DNA from: Oscillospiraceae bacterium
Lineage (GTDB): Bacteria > Bacillota > Clostridia > Oscillospirales > Oscillospiraceae
Direction of reading: 5' to 3'
NCBI GenBank assembly: GCA_017632035.1
Contig: JAGBSG010000053.1
Span: 7,386-71,385, forward strand
DNA: 64,000 bases
Shown here: positions 44,150 through 55,105 of the stretch, piece by piece
Position numbering within the stretch: position 1 is the first letter of the stretch
How the letters are laid out: every line of letters starts with the position of its first letter
Position numbers and translations under genes: made by a program
The notes under the pieces: generated by a model
The model's database searches: none
What the model saw: only the letters and a program-made list of their open reading frames with translations
What the model was told of the DNA's origin: nothing

Positions 44150-46765
44150 ATGGCAGATCCTTTTGGCCTGAAAATTGGACTTGAAGGCGAAAAAGAATTC
44201 AAAAAGTCCATAGCCGAAATTAACCAGGAGTTCAAAGTCCTGGGTAGTGAGATGAAGCTGGTCACCGCCCAGTTTGACAAAAATGATAACTCCATCGAAG
44301 CGTTGACCGCTCGTCAGAGCGTGTTAACAAAAGAGGTGGATGCACAGCGGCAGAAGGTTGAAACCCTCCGTGCTGCTATGCAGAACGCTGCGGAGTCCTT
44401 CGGTGAGAATGACCGCCGTACCCAGGCTTGGCAGATCCAGCTGAACAACGCAGAAGCCGCCTTGATCGGTATGGAGAAGGAACTGGATGATAACACCGCA
44501 GCTCTCAACCGTGCCGAGAAAGGTATGGATGATGCCGGTGACAGTGCGGACGATATGGCAGACGATGTGGAAGATGCTGCCGATGAGTCCGAGGAAGCCA
44601 AGGGCAGCTTCGAAGGACTAGGCTCTGTGTGTAAAGCAACAGCGGCAGCGATGACAGCTGCTTTCGCTGCTGTTTCCGCTGCGGCTATTGCCGGTGCAAA
44701 GGCACTTGTGGAAATGTCCACAGCCGGTGCTGCTTATGCTGATACTGTGCTGACAGAGTCCACCGTTACCGGCATTGCCACCGACAAATTGCAGGAATAT
44801 ATGTATGCAGCCGAGCTGGTTGACGTCTCTACGGAAACGCTGACCAAGTCGATGGCAAAGAACATCAAGTCTATGCAGAGTGCAGCAGACGGCTCGGCAG
44901 CATACGCAGAAGCCTACGATAAGCTGGGTATTTCCGTTACCGATGCCAATGGCAACCTGCGTGATAGCGAAGAGGTCTACTGGGAAATCATAGATTCTTT
45001 GGGTAAGATTGAAAACGAGACCGAGCGCGATGCGGTGGCTATGCAGATCCTCGGTAAGTCTGCCCAGGAATTGAATCCCCTAATTGAACAAGGTGCTGCC
45101 CGGATGGCGGAGTTGGGTGAACAAGCCCACGCTGCCGGTTATGTTGTCAGTGACGATATGCTGAACGCCTACGGTGCGTTGGACGACCAGTTGCAGTACC
45201 TCAATGTAGGTGCAACTGCTGCCAAGAACGCACTTGGCACCGTGCTGTTGCCGGTCCTTACGGATCTTGCGACAGAAGGCAATGCTCTGCTGGGAGAGTT
45301 CACAAACGGCATTCTGGACGCCAACGGTGATATTAGCAAAATGAGTGATGTCATTGGCGAAATGCTACCGAAAGTCCTGGATATGTTTATGGAGTTCCTT
45401 CCGGAACTGATGGAGATTGCCGGTGAGATCGTAGGGTCGTTGGCTACCGCTATCGTGGACAACCTTCCTACCATCATTGATACCGCAGCACAAATCGTAT
45501 TCTCCCTTTTGCAGGGATTGATTGCAGCACTGCCACAGATCGTGGAGGGTGCGCTACAGCTGGTATTGGCACTGGTTAACGGTATTCTTGCCAACCTACC
45601 TATGCTGCTGAATGCAGCTTTGCAAGCGGTGGTCACCTTGGCGACCGGTATTGCAAACGCACTGCCTACGCTGATCCCTACGATTATTGAGGTCGTTATT
45701 CAGATTGTGCAGACCCTTATCGACAATCTGCCTATGATCCTGGATGCAGCCCTTCAGCTGATTATGGGTCTTACCCAGGGTATCCTGGATGCTCTGCCGG
45801 TGCTGATCGCAGCACTCCCGGAGATCATCTTGGGTATTATCACATTCCTGTTGGATGCGATCCCCCAGATCATTGAGACCGGCATACAGTTGATTACCTC
45901 CTTGGTGGCAGCCTTGCCGGAGATCATAACTGCCATTGTGGAAGCAATTCCACAAATTATAGAAGGTATTATCTCCGCTGTACTTTCTGCCATTCCGCAG
46001 ATCATCCAGGCTGGTATTGATCTGCTGATTTCGCTGGTCAAGGCATTGCCTCAGATCATTGTTACGATCGTCAATGCGATCCCGGATATCATTTCCGGTA
46101 TTATCAATGCGGTCTTAAATAACATCCCCCTCATCATCCAAGCCGGTATCGACCTGCTGACCTCCTTGATCACAAACCTGCCGACCATCATTATCGAGAT
46201 CGTCAAGGCAATCCCTCAAATTATTACGGGTATTGTCAGCGCACTGGGTAAGGGTGTCTCCCAAATGGCAGACGTTGGTGTCAACCTGGTCAAGGGTCTA
46301 TGGCAAGGTATCCAGTCCTTGGCTTCTTGGCTGTGGGACAAGGTGTCCGGATGGATTTCGTCCATTTGGGATGGAATTTGTGACTTCTTTGGTATCGCAT
46401 CTCCCTCTAAAGAGATGGGCTGGATCGGTCAGATGTTGGTGGACGGTCTTGCCGGCTCCATTAGTGACAATGGCAAGGAGGCCGTCAAAGCTGCGGAAGG
46501 TATGAGTGCTGACATTACCGATGTTATGCACGGCTTGGCAGAGGATATGGAAACAGCTCTGCCTACGGACTTTACTGTTGACAGCAATGTTCACGGCACC
46601 GTTGGTGGAGGTCTTGCTGATACAGCAAAGCAAGGTGGACTTCAGCTGGTGCTGAATATTTCCACCTTCAACAACTACACAACCGATGATATCCACCAGC
46701 TGACCAACGAGATTATGGTCACAGCTGGACAATTTGCGAAGAGAAAAGGAGTTGTATTTGCTTGA
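44150..46765 (+). CDS. Tail tape measure protein
   Basis: FGLKIGLEGEKEF start; long helical repeats LPQII.AGI.LL. Confidence 0.93.
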   Translation: MADPFGLKIGLEGEKEFKKSIAEINQEFKVLGSEMKLVTAQFDKNDNSIEALTARQSVLTKEVDAQRQKVETLRAAMQNAAESFGENDRRTQAWQIQLNNAEAALIGMEKELDDNTAALNRAEKGMDDAGDSADDMADDVEDAADESEEAKGSFEGLGSVCKATAAAMTAAFAAVSAAAIAGAKALVEMSTAGAAYADTVLTESTVTGIATDKLQEYMYAAELVDVSTETLTKSMAKNIKSMQSAADGSAAYAEAYDKLGISVTDANGNLRDSEEVYWEIIDSLGKIENETERDAVAMQILGKSAQELNPLIEQGAARMAELGEQAHAAGYVVSDDMLNAYGALDDQLQYLNVGATAAKNALGTVLLPVLTDLATEGNALLGEFTNGILDANGDISKMSDVIGEMLPKVLDMFMEFLPELMEIAGEIVGSLATAIVDNLPTIIDTAAQIVFSLLQGLIAALPQIVEGALQLVLALVNGILANLPMLLNAALQAVVTLATGIANALPTLIPTIIEVVIQIVQTLIDNLPMILDAALQLIMGLTQGILDALPVLIAALPEIILGIITFLLDAIPQIIETGIQLITSLVAALPEIITAIVEAIPQIIEGIISAVLSAIPQIIQAGIDLLISLVKALPQIIVTIVNAIPDIISGIINAVLNNIPLIIQAGIDLLTSLITNLPTIIIEIVKAIPQIITGIVSALGKGVSQMADVGVNLVKGLWQGIQSLASWLWDKVSGWISSIWDGICDFFGIASPSKEMGWIGQMLVDGLAGSISDNGKEAVKAAEGMSADITDVMHGLAEDMETALPTDFTVDSNVHGTVGGGLADTAKQGGLQLVLNISTFNNYTTDDIHQLTNEIMVTAGQFAKRKGVVFA

Positions 46766-47490
46766 ATTATTTTGAATATAAGGGCATTCGCTCCTCGGAT
46801 ATGGGCTTGCGCATCGAGGAAAAGGAGGTCTTTTCCGGTCCCCAGTATGGTATGGAGTTTGACGAGATCCCCGGTCGTGACGGTGACTTGATCCGCTCCG
46901 GTGGCCGCTTCCCCAATGTGCAGGTGACCTATTCTGTATTTCTTCCGGCAAAGAGTGCAGCCGAGCTGTCGACTAAGATCGCAGCGGTAAAAGCGTGGCT
47001 ATACACGGATCTCGACCGGTACCACCAGCTGACGGATGCCTACAATCCCAACTTCTACCGAAAAGCTGTATTTGCAGGCAAGCTGGATATTGAAGATGAA
47101 CTGAACCGGATCGGTCTGTTCACCGTCAGTTTCTCCAGCTTGCCTTTCCAATACAGTGAGGAGGGTGGGATGCAGACGGAGTACGCAACAGGCGATACTG
47201 TCAACAATCCCTATCCGTTTCCCAGCAAGCCTTACATCAAGGTTTACGGCAGCGGTGAGGGCACACTTACGCTCCAATCTGCATCCCATAACTCCACCTG
47301 GAAGTTCCTTGAACTGGATGGTTATTTGGAGATCGACTCCGAGCAGATGAATTTCTACAAGGAGGCAATGCCGAAGAATGATCTAGTAGAAGGGTCCGGT
47401 TTCCCGGTACTGTATCCCGGGGAGAACGCCATCACCTTTACCGGTGGCATTACCAAGATCGAAATAGAACCGAGGTGGCAAACCCTATGA
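46762..47490 (+). CDS. Distal tail protein (Dit)
   Basis: F.Y.GI.S.DMGL...IPGRDG...PRW. Confidence 0.85.
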   Translation: MNYFEYKGIRSSDMGLRIEEKEVFSGPQYGMEFDEIPGRDGDLIRSGGRFPNVQVTYSVFLPAKSAAELSTKIAAVKAWLYTDLDRYHQLTDAYNPNFYRKAVFAGKLDIEDELNRIGLFTVSFSSLPFQYSEEGGMQTEYATGDTVNNPYPFPSKPYIKVYGSGEGTLTLQSASHNSTWKFLELDGYLEIDSEQMNFYKEAMPKNDLVEGSGFPVLYPGENAITFTGGITKIEIEPRWQTL

Positions 47491-49316
47491 TTCCCGTTCT
47501 CTTTCGAGCCAATTCGACAAATTTCGACACATATGGTATCGGTGTGCTGGCTGAATGTTTGTCCTGCGAGGTGACGGAAGAGCGGAATGGTGCCTTTGAG
47601 TGCATTCTCAAATATCCCACCTCCGGACGGCTTTACGGTGAGCTGCGTACCGAGCGGCTCATTAAGGCAAAACCAAACGATACCGCAAAGGATCAGATGT
47701 TCCGCATTTACCGAATCACCACGCCCATTGATGGCACGGTCACGATTTATGCACAGCATCTGTCTTATGACCTTTCCAATGTGGCTGCACTCCAATGGTC
47801 GTCTGAATCCATCTCCCCGGCACTGGCAATGGAGAAGGTGTTCACGGATACAGCCACTCCCCATAATTTTACCTGCCGTACTGACTACTCTATGCCCAAG
47901 AAGTTCTCTGTCAGCCGACCCCAAAGCATCCGCGCTTGTTTGGGCGGTGTTGCCGGCTCCTTCTTGGATTTGTGGGGCGGAGAGTACGAATGGGACAACT
48001 TCCAGGTGATCCATCACCAAGCCCGTGGTAACCAAACCGGAGTGGTCATTGAATACGGCAAGAATCTGACCTCTATGGAACACGATAATGACAGCAGTTC
48101 TGTATACACGGAATTGCTGCCTTTTGCTGTTTTGACCGCCGAGGACGGCGCAGAGCTGGTGGTTACTTTACCGGAGATTGTGTTGCCGATCATCAACACC
48201 ACGCTGATCCAAAAGCGGACGCTCATTAAGGACTTTACAGAGTTCTTTGGGCAGGAAGAAACCATTACCGCAGATGCGCTCCGGGCAAAGGCTAACAACT
48301 ACCTGAACAACAATCCGCTGGGTGTAGCTGTGCCTACCTTGACAGTTGCTTTTGAGGCTTTGTGGAAGAATCCGGAATACTCTGCTGTTTTGGAGCGTGT
48401 ATCTCTTTGCGATACGGTTACGATCCGGCATAGCCTGTTGGGGATCACCAGCAAGGCAAAGATCATAACGACCGTTTACGATACGCTGGCAGAAAAGTAT
48501 ATCTCCCTTACACTGGGTACTGCCAAGGCAAACCTACTGAACGATGTGGCATCTGCGGAAGCGGCAGCAGAAGAGGTTTCGACAAAAATCGACAGATTTC
48601 CAAGCCTCATCAATTCGGCTGTTAAGAATGCTACCAGCTTGATCTCCGGTCAAGAAGGTGGCTATGTGGTGATCCATACCAACAGCAATAACGGGCAACC
48701 CTATGAGCTGCTGATTCTCGATAAGCCCTCTATCAATGATGCAGTGAATGTATGGCGCTGGAATGTGGGCGGCTTGGGTTTCTCCAAGAACGGCTACAAC
48801 GGCCCCTACGAGACCGCTATCACGGCAGACGGGCAGATTGTAGCGGACTTTATCACTTCCGGTAGTCTCGTTGCGAATATCATCAAAGCCGGTGTCCTGC
48901 AATCCCAGGACGGCTCGTCCTATTGGGATTTGGAAACCGGTGAGGTGGTGTTGCGTGCTTATGCAACCTCGGAAGAGGTCAAGGAGCAAAGTGACCGCAT
49001 TACCGGAATTGAGGAACAGAAGATGTACCGTTTGGTGATCTCTTCCACCAACGGAAACATCTTCAAGAACGGCAATATTCAAACTACGCTCTATGCTACG
49101 GTGTTCTCCTGGGATGAGAATATCACCGACCAGCTGGATGATAACCAGTTTGTGTGGACAAGAGTGTCCGATGATCCCGAAGCTGACGCTCTGTGGAATG
49201 CTGCCCATTTTGGTGGTTCTAAGATCGTCAATATCACAAAGGACGATGTGGATGTGCAGGCTACTTTCTTCTGCGAACTCATCGATACCACAACAAGAAT
49301 GAGCCTGTTAGGCTAA
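47487..49316 (+). CDS. Tail spike/Tal (prophage endopeptidase-type) protein
   Basis: CEVTEERNG.FE...QMFRIY...YGKNL...LCDTV. Confidence 0.85.
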   Translation: MIPVLFRANSTNFDTYGIGVLAECLSCEVTEERNGAFECILKYPTSGRLYGELRTERLIKAKPNDTAKDQMFRIYRITTPIDGTVTIYAQHLSYDLSNVAALQWSSESISPALAMEKVFTDTATPHNFTCRTDYSMPKKFSVSRPQSIRACLGGVAGSFLDLWGGEYEWDNFQVIHHQARGNQTGVVIEYGKNLTSMEHDNDSSSVYTELLPFAVLTAEDGAELVVTLPEIVLPIINTTLIQKRTLIKDFTEFFGQEETITADALRAKANNYLNNNPLGVAVPTLTVAFEALWKNPEYSAVLERVSLCDTVTIRHSLLGITSKAKIITTVYDTLAEKYISLTLGTAKANLLNDVASAEAAAEEVSTKIDRFPSLINSAVKNATSLISGQEGGYVVIHTNSNNGQPYELLILDKPSINDAVNVWRWNVGGLGFSKNGYNGPYETAITADGQIVADFITSGSLVANIIKAGVLQSQDGSSYWDLETGEVVLRAYATSEEVKEQSDRITGIEEQKMYRLVISSTNGNIFKNGNIQTTLYATVFSWDENITDQLDDNQFVWTRVSDDPEADALWNAAHFGGSKIVNITKDDVDVQATFFCELIDTTTRMSLLG

Positions 49317-49331
49317 ACAAGGAGGATTTCT

Positions 49332-50411
49332 ATGAGCAAAGCACAAGGCCAGTTTACGATCGTTGACTACAATGACGCGCTTACCCTAACTGGCTATATC
49401 GGTTCTAATCTGGCAAAGACCCAGATGTATAACCCCGACAACGACACTTACTCTCCCAACTGGGCATCCACCAATGTGGTGTTGACTCCCAGCCTGTATG
49501 TCATTGGTACGACCACGGATCAGATCACCTCTGCTGCCGTTACCTCTGTCAAGTGGTATGTGGGCAGCTCCAGTACTGCCATTACCAGTTCCGGAAACTA
49601 TGCACTCTCCGGCACCAAGAGCCACATTTTGACCATTAAGGGCAACGTGATGGCAGGTCAGCCTGGTATCGATTACCGCTGCGTTGTTACCTACAAGGAC
49701 CCCTCTACCAATCTGTCCATTACCCACCCCTTGACCATTTCCTTCTCCCGTGTGGTCAACGGCTCCGGTATTACGGATCTGCTGGTTACCACGCCCACCG
49801 GTAATGTGTTCAAGAACAACGAGGTTGCTACTTTGACTGCAAAGGCAGAACTGTGGCGCGGTAGTATCGTGGACATTACCAATGTTGCCTACAAGTGGGC
49901 AATTATGGACAGCTCTGTTACTTCTTCCAGTTCCAGCGGCTACGATGCTGCTTTTGGTACTGGTTGGCGCAAGCTGTCCGATACTACCGGTATGTACACC
50001 GGCACCACCACCGCAACCATTACGGTCTATGCTGCCGCTGTTGACAGCTATGCGGTATTCAAGTGTGTAGCAACAGACTCCGACTCCGCATCCAGCACCT
50101 ACAACAGTACCTTCACGGATGTGGCTACCTTCATCGACAACAGCGATCCCATTCAAGTGGTGATTACTTCCACCGGTGGCGATGTGTTTAAGAATGGTCA
50201 AGGCAGCACGGTGCTTACCGCAGTTTGCTACCAGGCTGGTGCGGAGATCGACACCGAAGGTAAGGGTACCTATACTTGGACGAAATACACCAAGGACAGC
50301 GTTGTTGATACCAGCTGGGGTACGAACGGCTCCAAGACCGGTAAGACCTTGGCTGTATCCAACACGGATGTAGATACCAAGGCAACCTTTATGGTTACGG
50401 TTGCTCTGTAA
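49332..50411 (+). CDS. Minor tail structural protein (Ig-like)
   Basis: Ser/Thr-rich beta protein in the tail module. Confidence 0.7.
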   Translation: MSKAQGQFTIVDYNDALTLTGYIGSNLAKTQMYNPDNDTYSPNWASTNVVLTPSLYVIGTTTDQITSAAVTSVKWYVGSSSTAITSSGNYALSGTKSHILTIKGNVMAGQPGIDYRCVVTYKDPSTNLSITHPLTISFSRVVNGSGITDLLVTTPTGNVFKNNEVATLTAKAELWRGSIVDITNVAYKWAIMDSSVTSSSSSGYDAAFGTGWRKLSDTTGMYTGTTTATITVYAAAVDSYAVFKCVATDSDSASSTYNSTFTDVATFIDNSDPIQVVITSTGGDVFKNGQGSTVLTAVCYQAGAEIDTEGKGTYTWTKYTKDSVVDTSWGTNGSKTGKTLAVSNTDVDTKATFMVTVAL

Positions 50412-50423
50412 GGGGGAAATCTT

Positions 50424-51512
50424 ATGCGGGCAGTTGCTCAAATTACAATCACAAATATCTGCGATGTGGTAACCACGGATACTGCCCCGGAAAACCCCTA
50501 TGTGGGAATGCTGTGGGTGAACACAGCAACAACGCCCCCGGAAACAATGGTGTGGGACGGATCGTCCTGGGTGGTTCAGAACAATTTGGAAGAACTGCGC
50601 AGAACCGTTTCCACCCACACCACTCGATTCGGTGAATTTCAAAGTTCTGTGGATGGTCTTAACAGCTATGTATCCAACCTTACAAAAACGGTGGAAACCA
50701 TAGAGACAGATCTTGGCGAAGAGCAAAGCAAAGTGCTGGAAATGCAAGAACAGGTTTCTGAACTGGAACATACAGTAAGTGGTTTGTCTGTGTCGATCCA
50801 GGAGCAGTTTGCCGGTGGTATCAACTATGTTCGCAACTCTGCCGGACTTAACGGTGTTACGGATGATTGGGTGTACACCGGAACTGTGATCACGGACTCT
50901 TCAACAGATGTGCAGAACAACACGACCTCTGACTCCTGCTTTGTTTTAAGTGCAAATTCCACTTTGAAGCAGGTGATCACGGGAGTCCTAACCGGCACAT
51001 CCTATGCAGTATCCGTCCGTGCAAAGAAAACCTCTGCAGGCTACAGTTCCTATCTGCGTGTTCTCTACAACGGTGAAAAGGAAGCGTATCTTTTCAGCGG
51101 TACGACCACCTTCGGCTGGACAGAGTACCACGGAGTGATTGAGGATGTGCAGGACAGCACACTCACGCTGGATATCTACAACCGTTCCGGAAAGCTTTAT
51201 GTTTCGGATATTATCATTGCCGAGGGCACCACGATCCACAAGTGGACACCGGCTCCCAATGAAATCTATACCGCCGAGGTTAAGATTGATCGCCGGGGTA
51301 TAGAGGTATCCAATGCCAGCTCTGCGCAGCGGACGGTCATCAACAACACAGAGTTTTCCGGCTACTACAACGAGGAGAAAATCTTTACCCTGAACAAGGA
51401 TGAAACCGTCACGAAAAAGACAACAGTGGATGGTGAGCTGACGGTTGGTCGTACAAAGTTTGTCCCTATGCCTACAGCATCCCAAGGACTTAACATCGTC
51501 ATTCTGGACTAA
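50424..51512 (+). CDS. Minor tail protein (coiled coil + carbohydrate-binding-like domain)
   Basis: APENPYVGMLWV; GGINYVRNS...WTPAP. Confidence 0.7.
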   Translation: MRAVAQITITNICDVVTTDTAPENPYVGMLWVNTATTPPETMVWDGSSWVVQNNLEELRRTVSTHTTRFGEFQSSVDGLNSYVSNLTKTVETIETDLGEEQSKVLEMQEQVSELEHTVSGLSVSIQEQFAGGINYVRNSAGLNGVTDDWVYTGTVITDSSTDVQNNTTSDSCFVLSANSTLKQVITGVLTGTSYAVSVRAKKTSAGYSSYLRVLYNGEKEAYLFSGTTTFGWTEYHGVIEDVQDSTLTLDIYNRSGKLYVSDIIIAEGTTIHKWTPAPNEIYTAEVKIDRRGIEVSNASSAQRTVINNTEFSGYYNEEKIFTLNKDETVTKKTTVDGELTVGRTKFVPMPTASQGLNIVILD

Positions 51513-51524
51513 GGAGGAAAGTAA

Positions 51525-54092
51525 ATGGCAACAGGCAAAAGTGGCTCTTTTATCGTTACCGGTAATAAGGGCTGTTCAATGAAAATACTGTGGTCAGAAA
51601 CCTACGATACGATCAACAACAAATCGGTCGTTACGATCACTGACCTTCAATTCCAGGATACGCTGTGGTACGGCTTTACCTACTATTTGAGCGGTACGAT
51701 GTCCATCAACGGCACTACGGTCGTTACCTTCAACTCCGGTCTTGGCGGACATATGGCCAATAACAGTGCGTTGTCAGGATATTACTCCATCATAACCAAC
51801 TCCGGTTTTGATGCTGCACCTTGGGGCGAGGTATCCGTTCCCCACGCAGAGGACGGCACCGCCACTTGTCCCATTGCAATCAGCGTTCGTGGTTGGAACA
51901 CTTCTGAAAAGGGTTCTAACGGCTTTACTGTTGACGGTTCTTCCACCGTCACCCTTACAGCCATTGACCGAGCCGCACCAACAATGTCCTTTTCTGTGAG
52001 TGACATTACGGCAAATAGCTTCAAGATTACCGCCAATGCTTCCGCAACGGTGGATGAATGGAGCTATAGCCTGAATGATGGCTTGACAGGAAATGATTTC
52101 GATACCACCACAAACACCACTGCAACCACGGTGGTTACCGGGCTTACCCCCAATACCACTTACCAGGTTCGTGTATCGGCTCGAAAGAAGAGCAACCATG
52201 TCTACGGTGAAACAAAAACTACCAATGTCAAAACGCTTGGTGGCTCAACAATTAACAGCGTTTCGGATCTAACTGCGGATGACAACAACGCCCGGATCGT
52301 GCTGGGAGTAACCGTCTATGAAGCCGCTTACACCCACACGCTCAAACTTACCTATGGCGGAACAACGCACCTCACCATTTCCGGCATCTCCGGCTGGGCA
52401 AAGGGAACGGCATCAAGAACAATCAACCTAACGGCTGCACAGAGATCTACATTGCTGTCCACGATGGCTTCGGTGAAGTCGTTCACGATGAAGTTTGAGT
52501 TGCAGACCTTTAGTGGTAGTACGCAGATCGGCAACACCTCTGTTTGCGAAGGTATCGTACAAACAACGGAAGTTAACTCCGGCCCCTCAATGGGTGCATT
52601 TACGACCCGGGACAGCAGATCCAATACGGTGGCAGTTACCGGTAACGACCAGTATTTCATTCAAAGCCACTCCTATTTGGAGGTAACGCCCGCACAAGCT
52701 ACCGCACGGAACGGAGCCTCCATAGTCAAGTATGCCGCCACCTGCAATGGCGTGACGGTATCCAACACCACCGGCGCAGCCATCAACCTTGGTGCTATTG
52801 CCAAGTCCGGTGCAATGTCTGTGGTGGTTACAGCAACGGATACTCGCGGCTATACAGTGAGTGTTACGCAGACGGTGAATGTTCTGGCATATAAAGCACC
52901 CAAATTATCGGAGATTTCTCTCCGTAGAACCAATGATATCGAGGAAGAAATGCAGCTGATTTTCAAAGGCACAATTTCTTCTATCAAGCCGGACACCGCA
53001 GAGTGCAACAGCCTTTTGCGTGTGCGGTATCGGTATAAGCTGACCAGCGCAACTTCTTATGGCTCGTACACAAACATTCTGTCCTCGACTACCAAAAGCG
53101 GCACGTCTTTCAACTTCTCTAATTTGGAGTTGTGTTCGCTGGATGCCAACGCATCCTATGACTTCCATTTGCAAATCTGCGACCAGCTGGACAGTCTTTC
53201 TGCGCTGGATTTGTACTATGTTATTCCCCAGGGTACACCCCTAGTGGCGCTTCGGAAGAAGAAGGTGGGTATCAATACCCCCAACCCAGAGGCGGCTCTT
53301 CATGTAGATGGTGCTGCGATTGTGACAGGATCGGTGACAGCAGCAAGTGTATCTGCAACGAGCCTGTCTGGATCGCTGGCAATGACTAACCTTACCGGTA
53401 CATTGCCTATTGCAAAGGGTGGCACGGGTGCAACAACCGCAGCCGCAGCGGTAGCAGCCATTGTCAATGGACAGAGTATTGCTCCCGTCAACATATCCGT
53501 TACGGGAAGCCAGTACTGGAACAGCGGTGCATATGGTCTCCATCTTAACAACTCCGATATTGTGGGCATCAATGGTCTGTGGTTTCCGGATGCCGTTGAC
53601 TCTGCCGGTGAAGGCATTAACTTTTATCGAGGCAGCGGTACTTGGGATCGTTTATACGCTTATGGTGGCACACTTTACTTTGCCCCTAATATTGCAACCG
53701 CAACCCACCCCGGAACTCGATACAGTGTGTTTCATTCCGGTTCTACGATCCCAGTGGGCAATGGTGGTACCGGTGCAACATCAGCAGCCAGTGCAAGAAC
53801 GAACTTGGGTGTTTCGGCGACCTCCCTTTATAGTGGGACTTTATCGAGCGGATCGACTACCTTTAATTACGGCAGTTACAACTTTTATGTGATTATTGGT
53901 AGAGTTACTAGTTCCGGTTCGCTTTTGTGTTCCATTGTACCGAAGGGCGTAATCACAACCTCCGATGTCAGCTATCAGTTTGCTGATGAGTCTGCCTACC
54001 GCGCATTCAAACTTAAGTATTCTGGTTCAACGGTAACACTGACGGTGGGCGGTGGCGGAGGAGCCATAACCAATATTTATGGCATCAACTAA
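51525..54092 (+). CDS. Tail fibre/receptor-binding protein
   Basis: FN3-like GLTPNTTYQVRV, VGINTPNP, two GGTGAT fibre motifs. Confidence 0.8.
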   Translation: MATGKSGSFIVTGNKGCSMKILWSETYDTINNKSVVTITDLQFQDTLWYGFTYYLSGTMSINGTTVVTFNSGLGGHMANNSALSGYYSIITNSGFDAAPWGEVSVPHAEDGTATCPIAISVRGWNTSEKGSNGFTVDGSSTVTLTAIDRAAPTMSFSVSDITANSFKITANASATVDEWSYSLNDGLTGNDFDTTTNTTATTVVTGLTPNTTYQVRVSARKKSNHVYGETKTTNVKTLGGSTINSVSDLTADDNNARIVLGVTVYEAAYTHTLKLTYGGTTHLTISGISGWAKGTASRTINLTAAQRSTLLSTMASVKSFTMKFELQTFSGSTQIGNTSVCEGIVQTTEVNSGPSMGAFTTRDSRSNTVAVTGNDQYFIQSHSYLEVTPAQATARNGASIVKYAATCNGVTVSNTTGAAINLGAIAKSGAMSVVVTATDTRGYTVSVTQTVNVLAYKAPKLSEISLRRTNDIEEEMQLIFKGTISSIKPDTAECNSLLRVRYRYKLTSATSYGSYTNILSSTTKSGTSFNFSNLELCSLDANASYDFHLQICDQLDSLSALDLYYVIPQGTPLVALRKKKVGINTPNPEAALHVDGAAIVTGSVTAASVSATSLSGSLAMTNLTGTLPIAKGGTGATTAAAAVAAIVNGQSIAPVNISVTGSQYWNSGAYGLHLNNSDIVGINGLWFPDAVDSAGEGINFYRGSGTWDRLYAYGGTLYFAPNIATATHPGTRYSVFHSGSTIPVGNGGTGATSAASARTNLGVSATSLYSGTLSSGSTTFNYGSYNFYVIIGRVTSSGSLLCSIVPKGVITTSDVSYQFADESAYRAFKLKYSGSTVTLTVGGGGGAITNIYGIN

Positions 54093-54101
54093 GGAGGTAC
54101 T

Positions 54102-54470
54102 ATGCAAGTAATTTGTGACGAGCGTGGCTATGTGCAGAGCTTTGCAATTATTGGAAACTTAGTCGGTGGCACGGAGTTACCGGAGCCGGCAGAGATGGAA
54201 CAGTTTCTCCTGCGACACTTTGCGTACCGGATGGTTGATGGAAAACTGGAGTACGATCCGCAAGAATACGAAACCCACCAGGCCGAGGAGCAGAAGGAAG
54301 ATCTGCGCAAGCGCCGGGAAACCGAATGCTTCTCGGTCATCAACCGTGGTCAGCTTTGGTACGAGGGTGTATCTCTCGTGCAGCTGTTGGAGCTGCGATC
54401 CTGGTACAAGTCATGGCTCAATGTAACGGAAACAATGGTTGTGCCGGACAAGCCGTCCTGGCTCACATAA
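54102..54470 (+). CDS. Tail fibre-associated (chaperone-like) protein
   Basis: LRKRRETECFSVINRG.LWY...WLNVT...P.KPSWL. Confidence 0.65.
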   Translation: MQVICDERGYVQSFAIIGNLVGGTELPEPAEMEQFLLRHFAYRMVDGKLEYDPQEYETHQAEEQKEDLRKRRETECFSVINRGQLWYEGVSLVQLLELRSWYKSWLNVTETMVVPDKPSWLT

Positions 54471-54472
54471 TC

Positions 54473-54498
54473 AAGCACCCAAAGCGGGTGCTTTTTTT
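54473..54498 (+). terminator. Intrinsic terminator
   Basis: AAGCACCC-AAAGC-GGGTGCTT followed by a T run. Confidence 0.75.
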
Positions 54499-54527
54499 AT
54501 ACCCAAATTCAAAAGGAGGATACGGCT

Positions 54528-54788
54528 ATGGAAGTCAATATCACCGCTCTTGCTGCCACAATCACAGCCTTGGGAGTTGTGTTCGGTGCTGTTTTTGGAA
54601 TCTACCGGTGGTTCTTGAAGCAGGAAAAGCAAGACAAGGATATCAAGTCCATCAAAGAAGAGCAGTCCGTGCTGGTTCACGGTGTGCTTGCCTGTCTGCA
54701 GGGCTTGAGAGAGCAAGGCTGTAACGGTCCGGTCACGGCAGCCATTGAACAGATCGAAAACCATATCAACAAACAAGCCCACAAATAA
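54528..54788 (+). CDS. Small membrane protein of the lysis module
   Basis: One N-terminal TM helix; GCNGPV motif. Confidence 0.65.
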   Translation: MEVNITALAATITALGVVFGAVFGIYRWFLKQEKQDKDIKSIKEEQSVLVHGVLACLQGLREQGCNGPVTAAIEQIENHINKQAHK

Positions 54789-54799
54789 GGAGGAGCATT

Positions 54800-55105
54800 A
54801 TGAGTTACGAAATCGCAATTATCCCCGCGCTGGCGGCAATCGTGTACACCCTCATTGATGTCACCAAGACCGCTCTTGGTGGTGATGAGAAGTTCAAGCG
54901 GTTCATTCCCTTGATCGCTATGGTTTTGGGTGCTGTGTGTGGCGTGGTGGCTTTCTACTGCGTCCCCGGTGTCATGGAAACCGAGAATCTGCTTGTAGCG
55001 ATCATCCTGGGTGCATCCAGCGGTCTGTCCGCAACCGGCACCAACCAGGTTGCAAAGCAGCTGACCAAACCCAAGAAGGAGGATACCGAAAATGAATCTG
55101 CATAA
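54800..55105 (+). CDS. Holin
   Basis: Three hydrophobic segments, GASSGLSATG.NQ; directly upstream of the endolysin. Confidence 0.8.
   Translation: MSYEIAIIPALAAIVYTLIDVTKTALGGDEKFKRFIPLIAMVLGAVCGVVAFYCVPGVMETENLLVAIILGASSGLSATGTNQVAKQLTKPKKEDTENESA

Noticed and set aside
45400-46260. Strong periodic repeats in the tape measure gene
   Set aside because: Ordinary helical repeats of tape measure proteins.
51525-54470. Diversity-generating retroelement or invertible tail-fibre shufflon
   Set aside because: No reverse transcriptase, no TR/VR pair and no adjacent invertase or inverted cassettes seen.
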